Part shown: positions 42,658-44,758 of the stretch, one piece after another
Layout of the letters: the number at the start of each line of letters is the position of its first letter
Numbering within the stretch: position 1 is the first letter of the stretch
NCBI GenBank assembly: GCA_964455225.1
Contig: CAYVUT010000002.1
Coordinates: 1 to 44,758 of the forward strand
Direction of reading: 5' to 3'
DNA length: 44,758 nucleotides
From: an uncultured Candidatus Saccharibacteria bacterium
Lineage (GTDB): Bacteria > Patescibacteriota > Minisyncoccia > Phycocordibacterales > Phycocordibacteraceae
The notes under the pieces: generated by a model
The model's input: the letters and a program-made list of their open reading frames with translations, nothing else
What the model was told of the DNA's origin: nothing
Databases searched by the model: none
Translations under genes and position numbers: made by a program

Positions 42658-43712
42658 TTGACCCAAACCTCGTATCGCTCCTTGATCTCGTCATTGCCCA
42701 AGGTGGTTCAGACCTCCATCTGTCTTCCGGACAGCACCCGATTATCCGGGTAGCAAGCCGTCTTCTCCCGATCGACTCGGTGAAGCAGCTCACCGCAGAA
42801 GATACTGAGCGCATGCTTCGGAGTGTTGTTCCGGAAGCACGATGGGAGATTTTTGAAAAGCAGCAATCCATCGACTTTTCCTATCAGCACAACAAGGATG
42901 CGCGATTCCGCATCAACGGCTACCGCGTGCAGGGTACTGTCGCGGTTGCCATGCGCCTCATCTCGCGCGATATCAGAGGCTTCGCCGATCTCAATCTCCC
43001 CTCGATACTCGAAGTGTTCACGCAGCGCGAGCAGGGATTCTTTCTCTGTGTCGGTCCGGTGGGACAAGGAAAATCGACCACGCTTGCGGCAATGATCGAT
43101 CGTATCAACAACACCCGTGCCGAGCATATCGTGACGATCGAAGATCCGATCGAATACCTCTTCGAGCCGCAGAAATCCCTCATCCATCAGCGCGAGGTGC
43201 ATATCGACACGCCCGATTTCCACACCGCCCTCCAGTCAGCCTTCCGCGAAGACGTGGACGTCATCATGGTGGGGGAGATGCGCGACTACGAGACCATCTC
43301 ATCCGCCGTGACAGCAGCGGAAACCGGCCACCTTGTCTTGTCCACGCTTCACACGAACAATGCGGCGCAGACCATCGACCGCATCATCGACATGTTCCCC
43401 GCGAGCCAGCAGGCGCAGGTGCGTGTGCAGCTTGCAGGTTCTCTCGCGGGCATCTTCTCGCAGCGGCTCATTCCGCGCATCTCGGGCGGACTCGTTCCGG
43501 CCTACGAGCTGCTCATCAATAACAACGCGGTCTCGAATCTCATACGCGAGGCGCAGACTCATGAGATCTCTGCGGTCATCCAGACCTCGTCCCAGGAAGG
43601 TATGATCGACATGGACCGTTCGCTTGCCGAACTGGTGCGTCGCGGCGAGGTGACCGTCGAACATGCGTATGAGCATGCGATGGACGCAAAGACGTTCGAG
43701 CGCTATCTCTAA
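42654..43712 (+). CDS. pilT: Twitching-motility (retraction) ATPase PilT
   Basis: 352 aa with GGSDLHL, Walker A GPVGQGKSTT, AFREDVDVIMVGEMRD and GHLVLSTLHTN. Overlaps the receiver gene by 4 nt. Confidence 0.93.
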   Translation: MIDPNLVSLLDLVIAQGGSDLHLSSGQHPIIRVASRLLPIDSVKQLTAEDTERMLRSVVPEARWEIFEKQQSIDFSYQHNKDARFRINGYRVQGTVAVAMRLISRDIRGFADLNLPSILEVFTQREQGFFLCVGPVGQGKSTTLAAMIDRINNTRAEHIVTIEDPIEYLFEPQKSLIHQREVHIDTPDFHTALQSAFREDVDVIMVGEMRDYETISSAVTAAETGHLVLSTLHTNNAAQTIDRIIDMFPASQQAQVRVQLAGSLAGIFSQRLIPRISGGLVPAYELLINNNAVSNLIREAQTHEISAVIQTSSQEGMIDMDRSLAELVRRGEVTVEHAYEHAMDAKTFERYL

Positions 43713-43718
43713 TCCACT

Positions 43719-44758
43719 ATGCTATTTACCTATCACGCGATCGACCAGGACGGACACGAGCGCGAGGGAACCATCGAGGCGCTTTCGCAAGACGTTGCGG
43801 TCTCTGCGCTCCAGCGTCGAAATCTCATCATTTCCCGGATAGAGACCGCTGATGCGGCATCGAAGTTCCAACTCCAGATCCCGTTTTTCAACCGCATCCC
43901 CAACAAAGACATCGTCATCCTTTCTCGCCAGATTGCGACCTTGTTTGAGGCACAGGTTTCTGCGCTTCGCATCTTCCGCCTCCTCGCTGCCGAGGTAGAT
44001 AATCGTAATCTCTCGCACATTCTTACTGAGGTCGCGGATGACCTGCAGGGCGGCAGCCCCATCAGCAAAGCGCTCGGCAAGCATCCGAAAGCGTTCTCCC
44101 TGTTTTATGTGAACATGGTCCGCGCAGGTGAAGAGTCCGGTAAGCTTTCTGAGACGTTCGGATACCTTGCGGACTATTTGGATCGCTCGTATGACGTGGC
44201 ATCGAAAGCCGAGAATGCGCTTATCTATCCGATCTTCGTCATCTGCGTATTCGTGGCGGTGATGGCGCTCATGCTCGCGCTCGTCATTCCCAAGATCACC
44301 GCCATCCTTACCGAGTCTGGACAGGAGATTCCGATCTACACGAAGATCGTGATCGGACTCTCGAGCTTCCTCGTCAACTACGGCATCTTCATCATCCTTG
44401 CGCTCATCGCGTTTGGCATCTACACTTGGAGGCTCGCACAGACCGAGCGGGGCGGTCTCGTGCTCGACCAGCTGAAGCTCTCCGTCCCGTACGTCGGCGA
44501 CCTCTACTCGAAGCTGTACCTGGCGCGCATCTCCGACAACTTTTCGACCATGATCATCTCGGGTGTTCCTGCGATCGAGGCACTCGATATCACCGCATCT
44601 GTCGTGGGGAATGAAGTGTATGCGAAGATCCTCAATCAGGTGAAAGATGAGGTGAAGGGCGGCTCGCCGATCTCGGCAGCACTCGACCGGCACCCAGAGA
44701 TTCCAGGTATTATGATCGCCATGGTGAAAGTGGGAGAAGAGACCGGAGAGCCCTCTAA
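43719..44758 (+). CDS. pilC: Type IV pilus platform protein PilC (GspF family), 3' end outside the window
   Basis: ATG 43719, open to the window edge, so absent from the ORF track. MLFTYHAIDQDGHEREGTIEALSQDVAVSALQRRNLIISRIE...FYVNMVRAGEESGKL...MVKVGEETG. Confidence 0.9.
   Translation, partial: MLFTYHAIDQDGHEREGTIEALSQDVAVSALQRRNLIISRIETADAASKFQLQIPFFNRIPNKDIVILSRQIATLFEAQVSALRIFRLLAAEVDNRNLSHILTEVADDLQGGSPISKALGKHPKAFSLFYVNMVRAGEESGKLSETFGYLADYLDRSYDVASKAENALIYPIFVICVFVAVMALMLALVIPKITAILTESGQEIPIYTKIVIGLSSFLVNYGIFIILALIAFGIYTWRLAQTERGGLVLDQLKLSVPYVGDLYSKLYLARISDNFSTMIISGVPAIEALDITASVVGNEVYAKILNQVKDEVKGGSPISAALDRHPEIPGIMIAMVKVGEETGEPS

Overview
GC-rich bacterial chromosomal segment that uses the standard genetic code (TGA serves as a stop). 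Gene content and order resemble a Candidate Phyla Radiation (Patescibacteria/Parcubacteria-type) genome.

- 1-13951: the end of tuf, then the S10-spc ribosomal protein cluster (rpsJ, rplC-D-W-B, rpsS through rplO) and secY-adk-map. There is no rpmD (L30) between rpsE and rplO. The cluster is unusually fragmented: a terminator plus a 364-nt spacer separates rpsJ from rplC, a 740-bp insert with two small antisense ORFs separates rplB from rpsS, and a terminator separates secY from adk.
- 13952-20300: an orphan small ORF bracketed by terminators, ndk, a candidate small RNA delimited by a promoter and a terminator, a small membrane protein, a beta-CASP RNase, infC-rpmI-rplT (minus strand), a secreted PLD-type nuclease, and a zincin-DUF4383 fusion.
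- 20367-28152: a dense oxidative-damage neighbourhood with msrA, msrB, VKOR, Bcp peroxiredoxin, an EndoIII-like gene, a NUDIX gene and a cysteine-free MutY-like gene. It also holds a beta-helix membrane protein, a Cys-rich protein, a serine protease, a HAD hydrolase and a PspC-domain protein.
- 28168-37100: RNase J, an orphan OppA-like binding protein, secG, a PT-linker lipoprotein, groES-groEL, a histidine phosphatase, DUF378 and tRNA-Ser(GCU).
- 37110-end: comFC and a type IV pilus cluster, pilM-pilN-pilO-small ORF-pilB-receiver-pilT-pilC (partial).

I saw no rRNA, CRISPR array, transposase or integrase. All family calls come from reading the translations by eye. No database search or RNA folding program was run.
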